Shown here one piece after another: positions 13,949-25,185 of a DNA stretch of 64,000 bases. Source of the stretch: Candidatus Latescibacterota bacterium. Lineage in GTDB: Bacteria > Latescibacterota > UBA2968 > GCA-2709665. The notes below the pieces were generated by a model. The model was not told where the DNA came from. It did not search any database and saw only the letters and a list, made by a program, of their open reading frames with translations. The DNA is taken from positions 1 through 64,000 of the forward strand of contig CAXXJS010000005.1 of assembly GCA_963662665.2 (NCBI GenBank), in the 5' to 3' direction. Position numbers and translations under genes: made by a program. Position 1 is the stretch's first letter. Each line of letters opens with the position of its first letter.

Positions 13949-14152
13949 TGATATCCTGTAGCTGTTTTTCAGGGACGGAAAGGTGGTTGCTGAGTGATCG
14001 ACCAACTGCGACCCCGATACACAATCTACATTAGGTGTGTCATTGCTCCACATTTCCAGCCCCTGCCGAATCCATACCACAACGCAACGCAAGTATCCGC
14101 GCATCTTCACCCCGGTTTGGCGAACATCCGTTCGTGGCGTCCCGGAACGTGG

Positions 14153-15016
14153 TCAGCCGCTATCGGCGTTCGTCTTCACTTCGATGATCAGGCGGCAGTG
14201 GTCGCTTGGTCCCCATTCGCGGACTTCGTTCATCGCCCGCACCCTGACCCTATCGTGGAATCCGCGCGACGCAAATGCATAGTCCAGTTGATTCACAGCC
14301 GATCCCGGCCAATCTCCTTTATTCTTGTACGTCGGCACGTTTTTCGTAACGCTCGGAACGTCGTCCGGCGCTCTTCTTGGGGATCGACCGAAGGGAACCT
14401 GGGGGCCCAGGAATTCCAGTCCAAGCGCCTTCATGCGATTCCAGACCGTTCGCTCGCGTTCCGGCAATGACAGTCGTGTGCCGGTCGCGCCGTAGAACAT
14501 ATTCAGATCGCCTGCCGCCAGAATCCTGTGTCTGGACTGGTCGGTGTGACCGACGAGAGTCGATCGGTCAGAAATGATTCGATGTGCCGACGCATCCGAG
14601 TAACCGACGCTCCATGGGCTTTCCGTAGACGGATGCGGCTTAAGCCAGCGCGCGTACATTGAGACAGCGACGAAGGCCTCATCTTCACTCTCGCAAGGGA
14701 TCACCCTCGCGGCGGCAATGGTCCCGATTCCGCTGACGCCGATATCGTTGGCACCGAGGTCACTGATCGGCGGCACCTGTCGGTAATGCTCGACTTTGAT
14801 TCGTTCGGACAACCTCACGACCAGCGGCCAGCGGTCGTAAAGCTGGCGGTTCCAAAACACCGTATCATCGTATTCGACCGGATGTACAAGGTCGCTTGGC
14901 GGACCGGCCGCTTCCTGCAAGAGCGCCAGGTCGGCCTCTCCGTTTTTCGCCATCCGCACCAGTTCGCGCCACGGCTATGGACGTTTATCGATGTTCCAGC
15001 TCACCACCTTGATCAT
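14153..15016 (-). pseudogene. Endonuclease/exonuclease/phosphatase (EEP) family gene with in-frame TAG at codon 14
   Basis: MIKVVSWNIDKRP*PWRE...LALLQEA...AAGDLN...QLDYAFAS...GPSDHC; TAG at 14975-14977. Confidence 0.8.
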
Positions 15017-15221
15017 ACGATCTCCTTCGTTTGCTTCAGAGCGTCCATTTCAATACCAATGGATCTGTCGAAAATAAAATCGTGCTGACCAAGTGGCGGG
15101 TGTGAAAAAAAAAGTATCCCCATCCGGAGGATGGGGATTAAGGCTTCTCTTCTAAGGGGCGGCATACATTGCGCACTGAAATTCAGACCCGGAGACTGGT
15201 GTTTAATCGGCACTTACCAAG

Positions 15222-15800
15222 CTATGATAGGCTATTTTTCCCATCCGAACCATGCCTTAGATAGTCGTACCCACGAAGATTGGCCGTCTTCTTGACGATT
15301 TTTTCAATTATTGATAGACGGGTTGACCTGGATGGCAAATGAATTCCAAGCTCGCCCGCGATCTGTCTAAGTGTTGAAACATTGTACTCCTGTTTATCCG
15401 CCAACTTACGCTCTACATCTTGAGGTGGCAACCCCTTTAACTCCTCCGCTATTGCTTTTACTTGCTGGCGGCCCTGTGCCGTATAGGCGTTGCGCTGAGA
15501 CTTCCTCGTTGCCTTACTGTCCGGCGAGAGGCCGAGAACATTCGAAAGCAACGGGTCAGACTCAGCCACGCGAACACAATCCCTTATTGTCTCTATAGTT
15601 GACGTGACACCCTGTACGTCTTCTCCCGCAGGAAGCGACCTCAACCTGATCCGGAAATCTTGAAGAAACTTTATCAAGGCTTCCAATTCGCGATCAAGGC
15701 GCAGTTTTGTTTCGTCAGCAGGCAACGCATCCACCAAATCGGACAGCTTGCTGAGGAAGCTGTCCAATTTCCTTCCTGTCAACTTTACTGAATCGCTCAT
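15222..15800 (-). CDS. Hypothetical protein downstream of ParA
   Basis: 192-aa ORF starting 2 nt after the parA stop; C-terminal LRQIAGELGI...SIIEKI resembles a Rho-N/SAP-like helical motif. Confidence 0.7.
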   Translation of the reverse strand: MSDSVKLTGRKLDSFLSKLSDLVDALPADETKLRLDRELEALIKFLQDFRIRLRSLPAGEDVQGVTSTIETIRDCVRVAESDPLLSNVLGLSPDSKATRKSQRNAYTAQGRQQVKAIAEELKGLPPQDVERKLADKQEYNVSTLRQIAGELGIHLPSRSTRLSIIEKIVKKTANLRGYDYLRHGSDGKNSLS

Positions 15801-15802
15801 CT

Positions 15803-16741
15803 TTAGAACATCTCCAACATTTCGTCTACGATTCTCGGATACTCCTGCTTGCCCGCAGCTCGTCTGGCATTGTCGGAATCATGCCGCCAAATTGGAAGGC
15901 TGTTTTCGGCGGCTTCAGTGTATCCGATCAACTCGGTTGTATGGGTATCGAAGCATTTGCCTGTACCTAACGTCGATCGGACCTCCGTCATCTTACTAGC
16001 ATGGGCCGTCGTTTGCATTGCACCGCCGATTCGTACCCGCACGAAAAGAACGGCGCCCAACTCCGCAACACGGTGTCCATCAGGCTGTCGGCCGGCCAGG
16101 ACGGCTGCGGAACTTACGGTCTCGCCGATATTCTTAACTTTTCCGATAAGGATGTTCAAGCCAATGGTAGAAAGATGATCTGGTATCGCAGTCACGATAT
16201 AATAATGACTCGCAACAAGCGCATTCTGCGTCATCAGATAGAGGTTTGGTGGACAGTCTATGAGAATGTAATCGTACATGTCTCGAACTTCATCGATGGT
16301 TTTAACAAGAAAATCTCGATCACGCAAAAACTGTCGTGCGTTCTTCCTTAACATCTCCATACTCGGATATGCGCCTGCGATTTGGCCACCGCCAATATCC
16401 TCACCGATCAGATCTATATCGCACGGGATCAAATCAACTCGCGGATGCCGTCGACTGTCCCGTAAACGAATTGGGTTCTCCCACCGATATCTCTTCACGT
16501 CTATAGGATTCCCGTCCAAGTATCTCTTATACATGGTGGCAATCGTTCCGACTCTGTCTTTGCGCCGTTGCCAGTCTTCGATAGAGGCGCACAGAAAAGT
16601 CAGGTTCGTCTGTGGATCGATATCGATCAGTAAGACTCTCTTGCTTTTACGTTCAGCCAACCAACACCCGACATGGTAGGCTGACGTTGTCTTTGCGACA
16701 CCACCCTTGTAATTGATAAACGCGAAAACCTTTGCTGCCAC
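15803..16741 (-). CDS. ParA/Soj-family ATPase
   Basis: NYKGGVAKTT, LLIDIDPQTNLT, DYILIDCPPNL. Confidence 0.9.
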   Translation of the reverse strand: MAAKVFAFINYKGGVAKTTSAYHVGCWLAERKSKRVLLIDIDPQTNLTFLCASIEDWQRRKDRVGTIATMYKRYLDGNPIDVKRYRWENPIRLRDSRRHPRVDLIPCDIDLIGEDIGGGQIAGAYPSMEMLRKNARQFLRDRDFLVKTIDEVRDMYDYILIDCPPNLYLMTQNALVASHYYIVTAIPDHLSTIGLNILIGKVKNIGETVSSAAVLAGRQPDGHRVAELGAVLFVRVRIGGAMQTTAHASKMTEVRSTLGTGKCFDTHTTELIGYTEAAENSLPIWRHDSDNARRAAGKQEYPRIVDEMLEMF

Positions 16742-16822
16742 TATTTATGTCCCCCAAGCAGACAACCACATAATGCGAATTTCAGCTATGTTCAGAGCAG
16801 AAGATCGATGCTACACGCCGGT

Positions 16823-17098
16823 TCATCCGGATAGAGTGACAGGCACTCCCAGATAACGGGCAAACCGCAGGAGCACAACGCTTTGACCGGGATTAACTAC
16901 GGGCCAAGTGTCAGCAAGCCGAGAGCGTATCCGTTGGAAGTCTCGTTCAATCACGAGACACCCATTCACGTTTGAGATCTGTGGAGGGCTGTTGACAGAC
17001 TTAACACGACTACCCTTCAAATATATACCATTTAGTGGGCGAAAAGCAACCCCATTTCCCTTTATATCACTTATTCTGATCGAAAGCTGGTCCGTCAA
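16823..17098 (-). CDS. Small hypothetical protein
   Basis: TTG start overlaps the Nmad3 TGA (TTGA); 91 aa. Confidence 0.45.
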   Translation of the reverse strand: MTDQLSIRISDIKGNGVAFRPLNGIYLKGSRVKSVNSPPQISNVNGCLVIERDFQRIRSRLADTWPVVNPGQSVVLLRFARYLGVPVTLSG

Positions 17099-17949
17099 GT
17101 GTCGAACATTTCGCGCAGCCAAACGTTGGCTTCCGGAATACCGTCGGCGTCGAACACGAACTCCTGCCCTCGGCCGACTGTGTTGACGTATGTCCACGGT
17201 TTTCGGCGTCGCCAAAGTTTCTTTTCGTAGTGGTAGCTGAGCACCGGACGACCGCCTGGGGGATAAAACCACAACGGCAGCCTCCATCTGCTGCGATTTG
17301 CCGATCCCGACGCCGTCAACGTGAAACGGTCGCCGTTACCAACGAACAGCCCGGCACCGCTTCGCGCGTTCAGCCCCTTGACGTTGAGCGTGTCTCTCGC
17401 GATATAGACCGTGTTTTTGTCCCACCGCCGATTCAGGTGAGGATGTCCAGCTAACCAAGGGCGTTCGGCGCGTGCGCGCGTGAGATTCTCCCCTACCGGC
17501 ACGGCCACCGCTACCTGGAGCCAACCGAACAGCCTGTGAACGTGAGGAGCGTTTCGGACGTACCGCCACGTGCCCTCGTGCCCCGGTTCGACGGCGCGAA
17601 ACCAACCGAAGTAGAGAAAGAGATCGCCTGGCCCAACACCCTGGTTCTCCAGATGGCTCTGAGCTTTTTCCACCTGCCCGAACGCCGGCCGCCAACCGGG
17701 CAAGCGCTCAAGGGCATCGGCGTTCAGATCAGGATCCAGATGGCACCGGTCCCCTCCCTTTATTCGACGGTTGGACAGACTCTCCACGATTGGACCGAGA
17801 GACTCGCCACGCCATTGTACGTCCCTGAAGCGCGCCGGGCTTCTCTTGTACGGAATGGGTAGAGACAATGCGGTACCGTCCGGAAAAATGGGACTGGGTA
17901 CCCGACCGTTCGCCGAGTCAAATCCCTTTCGACTGAATATGACCTTCAT
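17095..17949 (-). CDS. Nucleotide modification-associated domain 3 (Nmad3) protein
   Basis: MKVIFSRKGFDS...PSPIFPDG.ALSLPIP, HLDPDL, AFGQ, GDLFLYFGWFR, GRGQEFV. Confidence 0.85.
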   Translation of the reverse strand: MKVIFSRKGFDSANGRVPSPIFPDGTALSLPIPYKRSPARFRDVQWRGESLGPIVESLSNRRIKGGDRCHLDPDLNADALERLPGWRPAFGQVEKAQSHLENQGVGPGDLFLYFGWFRAVEPGHEGTWRYVRNAPHVHRLFGWLQVAVAVPVGENLTRARAERPWLAGHPHLNRRWDKNTVYIARDTLNVKGLNARSGAGLFVGNGDRFTLTASGSANRSRWRLPLWFYPPGGRPVLSYHYEKKLWRRRKPWTYVNTVGRGQEFVFDADGIPEANVWLREMFDT

Positions 17950-18695
17950 AGCTTTCCCCCCCTACGACAGCGTGCGGTTTCCCGAAATTGCTGCAAAGTG
18001 AAGAGTCGGCAAAGTCAACAGTTCCATTCCTGTCGCGGTCCCCAACAAGGCATGGAGCGCCATCCGGAGAACAGATCACACTTCGACAAGTGTTTCATCA
18101 ATGTGAATGCTCGCGAAGGGATTCAATCCTTGTTCTGATGGAAGAGTCCCAACGGGCTGCTCCTGTATCTGGACGGCGCGGCCGTAGATCCGGAGTTTCA
18201 ATCCTTGTTCTGATGGAAGAGTCCCAACGGGCTGTTTTCTTTGGTGTCATGTTCGCAGCTACACACTATGTTTCAATCCTTGTTCTGATGGAAGAGTCCC
18301 AACGGGCTTCGGAACAGTACGTCTATGTGTCGTTTGCATTGTGGTTTCAATCCTTGTTCTGATGGAAGAGTCCCAACGGGAGTGCTACTGCGATGCAATC
18401 GAAGATGAGATTTACGACGAATGGTTCGAGTTTCAATCCTTGTTCTGATGGAAGAGTCCCAACGGGTTGGCGCCCTTGATGATCCGGTGGGATGCCTGCA
18501 GGTTAGTTTCAATCCTTGTTCTGATGGAAGAGTCCCAACGGGCCTCGTACGTCGTGGCATTGTTATAGCCCATCCTTTTCGTTTCAATCCTTGTTCTGAT
18601 GGAAGAGTCCCAACGGGCCCTACGTGCCAATTTAGAGTGAGACAACTCCCCCTCCGGGATTAATGTCGTACATTGGGCGGAGAGGAGAGCACGAG

Positions 18696-19163
18696 ATGAG
18701 GTCAAGAGTCGATGTTGGAGACAACGGCAGCAAGGGGTCTCTGGTTGTGGAGGTCCCGCGCGGGACCTCCACAACCACGAGGCCGGATCCGGAGGTGCCG
18801 GCGCGTGCGAAGCGTCGCCGGTTCACTTCGCGGTACAAGCTTCGCATTCTGGAAGAGGCGGAGGCTTGCCGGGCCCCTGGTGAAGTAGGCGCGCTACTGC
18901 GCCGCGAAGGGTTGTATTCCTCGCAGTTGACCCAGTGGCGTCGTGCGCGTCGCGAGGGGTCGCTCAAGGCGCTATCCAAGTCGCGGGGACCCAAGGGACG
19001 TCGCCGCGACGAGGTCGCCGTCGAGAACGAGCAACTGCGCAAGGAAAACGCCCGTTTGCGTCGACGGCTGGAGCAGGCGAACACGATCCTCGAGATCCAA
19101 AAAAAAGCCTCCGAGATCCTGGGCATCCCCCTGAACCGTCCGCCAAGCGACGACGACGTATGA
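18696..19163 (+). CDS. IS3 transposase OrfA
   Basis: KRRRFTSRYKLRIL...LLRREGLYSSQLTQWR; A-run near 19099. Confidence 0.85.
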   Translation: MRSRVDVGDNGSKGSLVVEVPRGTSTTTRPDPEVPARAKRRRFTSRYKLRILEEAEACRAPGEVGALLRREGLYSSQLTQWRRARREGSLKALSKSRGPKGRRRDEVAVENEQLRKENARLRRRLEQANTILEIQKKASEILGIPLNRPPSDDDV

Positions 19164-20173
19164 TGCGTGCGGCAGAACAACTGGCCCCGAAGGTCGGGTT
19201 GGCGGGGGCGTGCCGGGCCTTGGGTGTGGCGCGTGCGTCGGTCCACCGTGCGCGTAAACCATCGCGATGCGGTCCTCGTGGCGCGCGCCCCTCGTCGCCA
19301 CGTGCGCTTTCCCAAACCGAGCGCGCTGCCGTGCTGGACATCCTGCACGAGGAGCGCTTCTCAGACCGGGCCCCAGCGGCAGTCTACGCCGCGTTGCTGG
19401 AGGAAGGACGGTATCTCTGCTCGATCCGCACGATGTATCGGGTACTGCACGACGCAGGGGAGGTGCGCCAGCGGCGACACCAGCGGCGTCATCCACGTCT
19501 CGAACCACCCCGGTTGATGGCCAGTGCGCCCAACCAGGTCTGGACGTGGGATATCACGCGTCTGCCAGGACCCCGCAAGTGGGTGACCTATCCCCTCTAC
19601 GTGGTACTGGATCTGTTCTCCCGCTATGTCGTGGCCTGGATGGTCGCCACAAGGGAGAGCGCCACAAACGCAAAGCGGCTTATTGCCAACGCGTGCCAAA
19701 AGCAGGGCATTCAACCCGAACAGCTGACGCTGCACCAGGACCGCGGCGCACCGATGACGGCCAAGACGTTTTCCCAGTTGCTGATGGATCTCGACATCCT
19801 GGCCAGCTACTCTCGACCCCGCGTTTCCGATGACAACCCGTATTCTGAAAGCCACTTCAAGACGCTCAAATACACGCCATCATACCCCGAGCGCTTCACC
19901 GATCCGCAATAAGCGCGCACCTATTTACAGGCCTTCTTTCCCTGGTACAACACACAACACCGTCACAGCGGCCTGGGCTTACTCACGCCCGACACTGTCC
20001 ACTATGGGTTGACACAGCAGATTCAAGCCGTCAGACAAACGGTGCTGGACCAGGCTTATCATAAACACCCTGAACGATTTGTTAAGGGGCATCCTCGTCC
20101 GCCAAGCGTTCCGGACGAAGTGTGGATAAACCAACCCGCGAATACCATCGAATGCCATCAGTTACTTCACTAA
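19160..20173 (+). pseudogene. IS3 transposase OrfB (DDE) with premature TAA at 19910-19912
   Basis: PNQVWTWDIT, LDLFSRYVV, HQDRG, DNPYSESHFKTLK; frame continues WYNTQHRHSGLGLLTP after the stop. Confidence 0.85.
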
Positions 20174-20534
20174 ATTCCAACGGGCGTTGTCTCATTTCTA
20201 TTGACACGTTCCGGGGTATGATGTTCACGCCGTAGTAGAAGCCCGTCTCGATGTTTCAATCCTTGTTCTGATGGAAGAGTCCCAACGGGCCAACAGGGTG
20301 CAGGCCTGGTCCTCCCCGAACTCGTCTATGTTTCAATCCTTGTTCTGATGGAAGAGTCCCAACGGGAATTCCTCTAATTCATCGCTGTCAAGGTCTCCAT
20401 CGTGTTTCAATCCTTGTTCTGATGGAAGAGTCCCAACGGGGGCTGGCTATCTTCGCCTGCCGGACGGACCCGTCCTGTTTCAATCCTTGTTCTGATGGAA
20501 GAGTCCCAACGGGCATGGGTATCATGAACCATCC

Positions 20535-21760
20535 TAGTACCCTTTGACGGCTAAAGCACGGCGTAGTCTGGATACAGCTTTCTCAGTTTGATGCGAGCAT
20601 CGTCGGTCGTGAACCGCCAATGGACGGCCTTGCTATTGTTGTTGCGATCATTCGCCCAGGCGGAAGTCTGCTCTTTGAGTGAATCGATATCGGGGATGCG
20701 CTGCTTCAAGCATTGGTTGCTCAAGACACTCAGTTCGATCTCGGCGATGTTGAGCCAACTCCCGTGTTTGGGCGTGTAGTGGATTTCGAGACGCCTGGCC
20801 AGACGGCGAGCTTCTTCGGGTGAGAACGCCTCGTAGAGTGCCGCGGGCGTGTGCGTGTTGAGGTTATCACACACCAGGACGACGGTTTCGGCTTCACGGT
20901 AGTCCGTATCCAGAAGCTCCTTGATCTCCTGGGCCCAGTCCAGTGCGGTCTTGCGTTGCCTTACACGGACCTTGCGCCAGCACGAAAGCGGTTCAGTGAA
21001 CATGAAGTTCACGGCGGTTCCGTTACGTTCATACTCGTAGTCGTAGCGTTCAGGTTTGCCCGGACGTGTAGTGACCGGAACACGCGTCTCCTTGACCAAC
21101 TGAACCGGGTGTTCGTCCATATTGACAACGGGCCTCAGGGCGTCGTACGGCCGCTGATAGACATCCAGGATATCCTCCATCGCGGCGACAAACGCGGCGT
21201 TTTGCTTGGGCGGAATCACCCAGCACGTTCTCAGGTGAGGCCTAAGTTTGTTTTTTTAAGCGTTCGCTGCACCGTCCGGTATGAGATGCTATCGACGATC
21301 TCCAGGGCTACGAGCTCATCGGCCAAAAGCTTCAGCGTCCACCGCTTACGTCCCTTTGGAGGTTCACTGCAAGCCAACGCGATCAATCGGGCTTCCTTAG
21401 CACCATCCAGCTTTCTTTCGGTGGGAGGATGGGCGCGCTTCTTTCGCTCAAGGGCCGAATCCAGGCCCTCCAACACAAAACGCTTCCGGATGCCCTCAAC
21501 CGTAGACCGATTGCACGAAAAGGCCTCCGTGATCTGCCGATCCAGCCAGGCCGGACCCTCTGCATCGGCCTTGAGAAGCACATGCGCGTGCCTGATTCGG
21601 TACGCTTGCGTCTTGCCTTTGCTTACCAGATCCTGCAGCCGTTCCCGTTCTTCGGGACTCAGACGTACGACGTATTTCTTCGGCATGCCGATGGCTCCTT
21701 CGTCTTCAGGGGAGACATCGAACTATAAGCACGCCCAGTCTTAGAAGTCAATAGGTACTA
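20535..21760 (-). mobile_element. IS630-family element (ORFs 21231-21686 and 20551-21219 joined by a frameshift)
   Basis: IRs tagtaccctttgac / gtcaataggtacta; TA target; MDEHPVQL, CDNLNTH, PKHGSWLNIAEIE. Confidence 0.92.
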
Positions 21761-22834
21761 GGAGCCTGTCGGAGTACGTATGGATAAGGGTTTGAATTCA
21801 GTGTCGACAGGCGGAATGAGAGGTGGATGGAGTGCGACGACGAGTTGCGGCAATGTCCTATGCGGGACTGGGAAGCCAGTCATGCCGATAGAGCTTCAGG
21901 AGATTGTGGGTGATGCAGATGAGGGTCCATTCTGCGGTGACTTTATTGATGCCTCTGAAGGTAAAGCGGTCGAAGCGTCGAAGTTGCTTGATCTGTCCAA
22001 ACACGGGCTCCACGATGTGCTTTCGCTTTGCGTAGGTGCATCGCCCTTTGATGGTGCGTAACTTTCTGGCCATTCTTTCCTTGGGCGTTGCGTTTTTGGG
22101 GATGCGGCCGCGTGGAGGCTTGGGATCCGGGTCTGTGTGCTTGTGTTTTTGGGTGGCAATGTAAGCATCGATGCCTTTGGGGAGCTTCTGTATCTCGTGT
22201 TGGTTGTAGTATCCTGAATCCGCGGTTAGGCGTTTTGGATTCTGGCCCGTATGGGTCTTGATCCGCTTGACCATGGATATCGTCTGATTTTTGTCGTTGG
22301 CGTCCTGGGTAACGTCGGCCGCCAGGATGATCTGCGCCTTCTCATCAACGGCAGCCTGACAGTTGTAGGCTTGCAGGAAGGTGCCGCCCGAAAGCATAAT
22401 CCGTGAGTCCGGGTCGGTGAAGTTGCGCTGTTTTTTGGCATCCGGTTCTTTGGAAGGGGGTCTTGGCTTCCTCCCGGGGCGTTTGCGTTGCTCGCGCTTT
22501 TTCAATTTTTCTTCATAGGCCGCCTGTTTGGTGGCATACTCCGCTTGAGCCTCGGCTTCCAGTTCCGCCATCGCCTCGCGGATCTTTTCCAGACGCCCTT
22601 TCCCGAACGCCCAGCCTTCGGCGAGTTCGTCGCCGCGCTTGCCCTTGCCATACTGCGCATCTTCGGCAGCGTCCGTCGCTTCGGCTTGCGCCAGAAGGCG
22701 CTTGACCTCGACCTCAAGTTCTGACGCCTTCTTCTTCATACGTGTCAATGATCGGTGTAAAGGCGCCACCCATGATCGGCTTAAAGGCGCCAGTGAGCGA
22801 GGGTCAAAAGGGGGGTCTCAGACGGGACATGTAA

Positions 22835-23614
22835 TTAGGTTTTAGTGACCTCCTTTGCAAGGGTGATTTTGTGTGGTGTACGTAGGGGACGCGGAGACCG
22901 ATAGCTGTGACCGTCGAGGATGATGCGGTAGGCGGCGTGTCGCAGTCGGTCGAGTGTTGCAGCGCCGAGGAGTCGATTGGAGAAGGCGTTACCCCACTCG
23001 TTGAAGTCGAGGTTGGAGGTGACGATAGTGGCAGCGCGTTCATAGCGTTCGGCGATGAGGTCATGGAAGTCGTCCTCGTGCGGCGGGCTAAGGGGTCGGA
23101 GTCCGAAGTCATCGATGACGAGGAGGGGGACCTTGGCCAGGGCGTGGAAACGGCGATCGAAGGTATGGGTGGCTCTGGCGGCGTGCAGGTGTCCCAACAG
23201 TTTGGTTTGTGTGTAGAAGAGCACATCGTAGCCGTTGCGGACGGCGCAGTGACCTAAGGCCTGGGCGATGTGGCTTTTGCCAGTGCCGCAGGGTCCGGCG
23301 ATGAGGACAGCGACCTTCTCGTGGATGAAGTGGCAGGACGCCAGTTCCTGGATTTGCGTCTGATTGATCTTGGGATTGAAGGAGAAGTCAAAGCCTTCGA
23401 GGGTTTTTTCGTTTCTGAAGCCTGCGCGACGTACTCTGAGGGCGAACTTTTTCTGTTCGCGTCTTGCGACTTCGTCCTGGATGAGTAAGGCGAGGAACTC
23501 AGCATAGGACAACTGTTTTTCGGTGGCCTCGCGGTTTCTTGTCGGCAGGGATTCGACGATGCCGGACAAACGCAGTTGTTTGAGCAAGGGCGCCAGCTCA
23601 GGCATGGGGTTCAT
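22835..23614 (-). CDS. istB: IS21 helper ATPase
   Basis: GPCGTGKSH, LLVIDDFG, TSN, LDRLRH. Confidence 0.95.
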   Translation of the reverse strand: MNPMPELAPLLKQLRLSGIVESLPTRNREATEKQLSYAEFLALLIQDEVARREQKKFALRVRRAGFRNEKTLEGFDFSFNPKINQTQIQELASCHFIHEKVAVLIAGPCGTGKSHIAQALGHCAVRNGYDVLFYTQTKLLGHLHAARATHTFDRRFHALAKVPLLVIDDFGLRPLSPPHEDDFHDLIAERYERAATIVTSNLDFNEWGNAFSNRLLGAATLDRLRHAAYRIILDGHSYRSPRPLRTPHKITLAKEVTKT

Positions 23615-25185
23615 GGCCGTGTCTCCTTGGAATGGGCAGCGTTGTCTATGTGATGGAACAGATCGGTTGTCTCTCTGCAAAAAAGCCCAGCGCCTTTATA
23701 GACGTCAGGCAGCTTATCGGGCGTGTTTGGTGTGTCGGGCTGCTGGTCGAGTCCCCGATCCAGGATGGTTTTGACGGTGCGATACAGGGGACTGTCGAAA
23801 GCCAATGCGCGGGCGCAGGCGGCTTCCAGGCGGGCGGGGCCATAGCGTTTTTCCATCCTGATGACCCCTTGTGCCGCGCGTAGCTTGTCGAGGACCCTGT
23901 CTGCAAAGAGGCACTCGATGAGCTCCCGGCAGGCCGGCCCGATGCGTTTGGCCTGTTTCAAGCACCATTGCGGATCTCGCATCTTGTAGGCCCTGGCGTC
24001 GGGTGGCAGATGGTCATCCACAGTGGAACGGGCGCCGGGATTGTGCAGACGGGAATGGGCGGCCACCAGTTGTTGATCCTTGTAGATCCGGACCGTGGTT
24101 GGTCCTGCCCGCAGCCAGAGGTCGCGGCGCACGAGGCTAAAAGGCACACTGTAGCGGCACTTTTCGAACTGCACGTGGCAGTCGCCGTGTACTTTGACGG
24201 GGGTCCAGGACGCTTCTTCAGGGGGGATATCGGGCAAAGGCGTGAGGAGATGACGCTCGGTTTGCGCAAAGCGGTTCAGCGGCTTTTCCTGCGTGGTGCC
24301 GTGGATGCGGTTGCCGGCGATGGCGAGCACCCATTCTCGAAGTTGTGCATTCGCGTCGGCCACGCTTCGGAAGTCGCGTAGTGGCAGGAAGTTTCTCTTC
24401 ACATATTTGACGCCGGCCTCGACGCGTCCCTTCTTCTTGGGGTCTCGTGGGGGACACGGTGAGATGAGAAAGCCATAGCCTTCGGCGCAGGCGGCGTAAG
24501 CACGCTGCACGCCCGGATCGTAATAACACGCGCGGGTGATGGCGCTCTTGGGGTTATCGATCATCACCCTTTTGGGCACACCAGCGAAGAACTCGAAGGC
24601 GTGGCGGTGGCAAAGCAACCACGTCGCGACCTTCTGGTCGGTGACGAACGCCGCGTATTGGTGACGACTCCAGGCCAAGACCATGACAAAGACCCAGGTC
24701 GAGCAGACCTGGCCCGTATGCACGTCCTGGATGCGTGGACCGGCGCCAAAGTCCACCTGCGCAACATCGCCCGGAGAGAAACCCAGAACCGTCGTGACCC
24801 GCGGATGGGTCTGTTCCAACCCCTGCAGAAAACGGCGGATGGACGAGTAACTGCCGGAAAATCCGTACTTGCAAACAAGCGCCTGGTGGATCGTCGTACC
24901 CTGGATGCCCTGTCGCCACCAGCGGGTGACTTCCTCCCGATACGGGAGCACCAGGGAAACAGCCGCACGGGTCGAAGCCAACTCCAACACTTTCGCAAGC
25001 GTGGCTTCCTCAGGCACGGGTTTGCAAAGGTCCAGAAAACCGTGACGAGCAGCAAGGCGGCGCAGTTGACCCACTTTCTTGCGACCCATCAATCCGGCTT
25101 CGGCAATCGCGCGGTCGGACTGTCCCAACCGCATGCAGACAATCACGTGTCGGTATTCGTGCATCTCGAACCTCCGGTTTGACAT
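23611..25185 (-). CDS. istA: IS21 transposase
   Basis: AQVDFG, LAWSRH, IDNPKS, KGRVEAGVKYVK, RIHGTT. Confidence 0.95.
   Translation of the reverse strand: MSNRRFEMHEYRHVIVCMRLGQSDRAIAEAGLMGRKKVGQLRRLAARHGFLDLCKPVPEEATLAKVLELASTRAAVSLVLPYREEVTRWWRQGIQGTTIHQALVCKYGFSGSYSSIRRFLQGLEQTHPRVTTVLGFSPGDVAQVDFGAGPRIQDVHTGQVCSTWVFVMVLAWSRHQYAAFVTDQKVATWLLCHRHAFEFFAGVPKRVMIDNPKSAITRACYYDPGVQRAYAACAEGYGFLISPCPPRDPKKKGRVEAGVKYVKRNFLPLRDFRSVADANAQLREWVLAIAGNRIHGTTQEKPLNRFAQTERHLLTPLPDIPPEEASWTPVKVHGDCHVQFEKCRYSVPFSLVRRDLWLRAGPTTVRIYKDQQLVAAHSRLHNPGARSTVDDHLPPDARAYKMRDPQWCLKQAKRIGPACRELIECLFADRVLDKLRAAQGVIRMEKRYGPARLEAACARALAFDSPLYRTVKTILDRGLDQQPDTPNTPDKLPDVYKGAGLFCRETTDLFHHIDNAAHSKETRP

Larger units (their letters stand above)
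18618..20212 (+). mobile_element. IS3-family insertion sequence inside the array (exact ends uncertain by a few bp)
   Basis: Imperfect IRs cgtgccaatttagagtgagacaac / gttgtctcatttctattgacacg; orfA and orfB. Confidence 0.9.

Noticed and set aside
20177-20184. ccaacggg inside the IS3 right end, matching the repeat end
   Set aside because: Only 8 nt and inside the IS; likely chance
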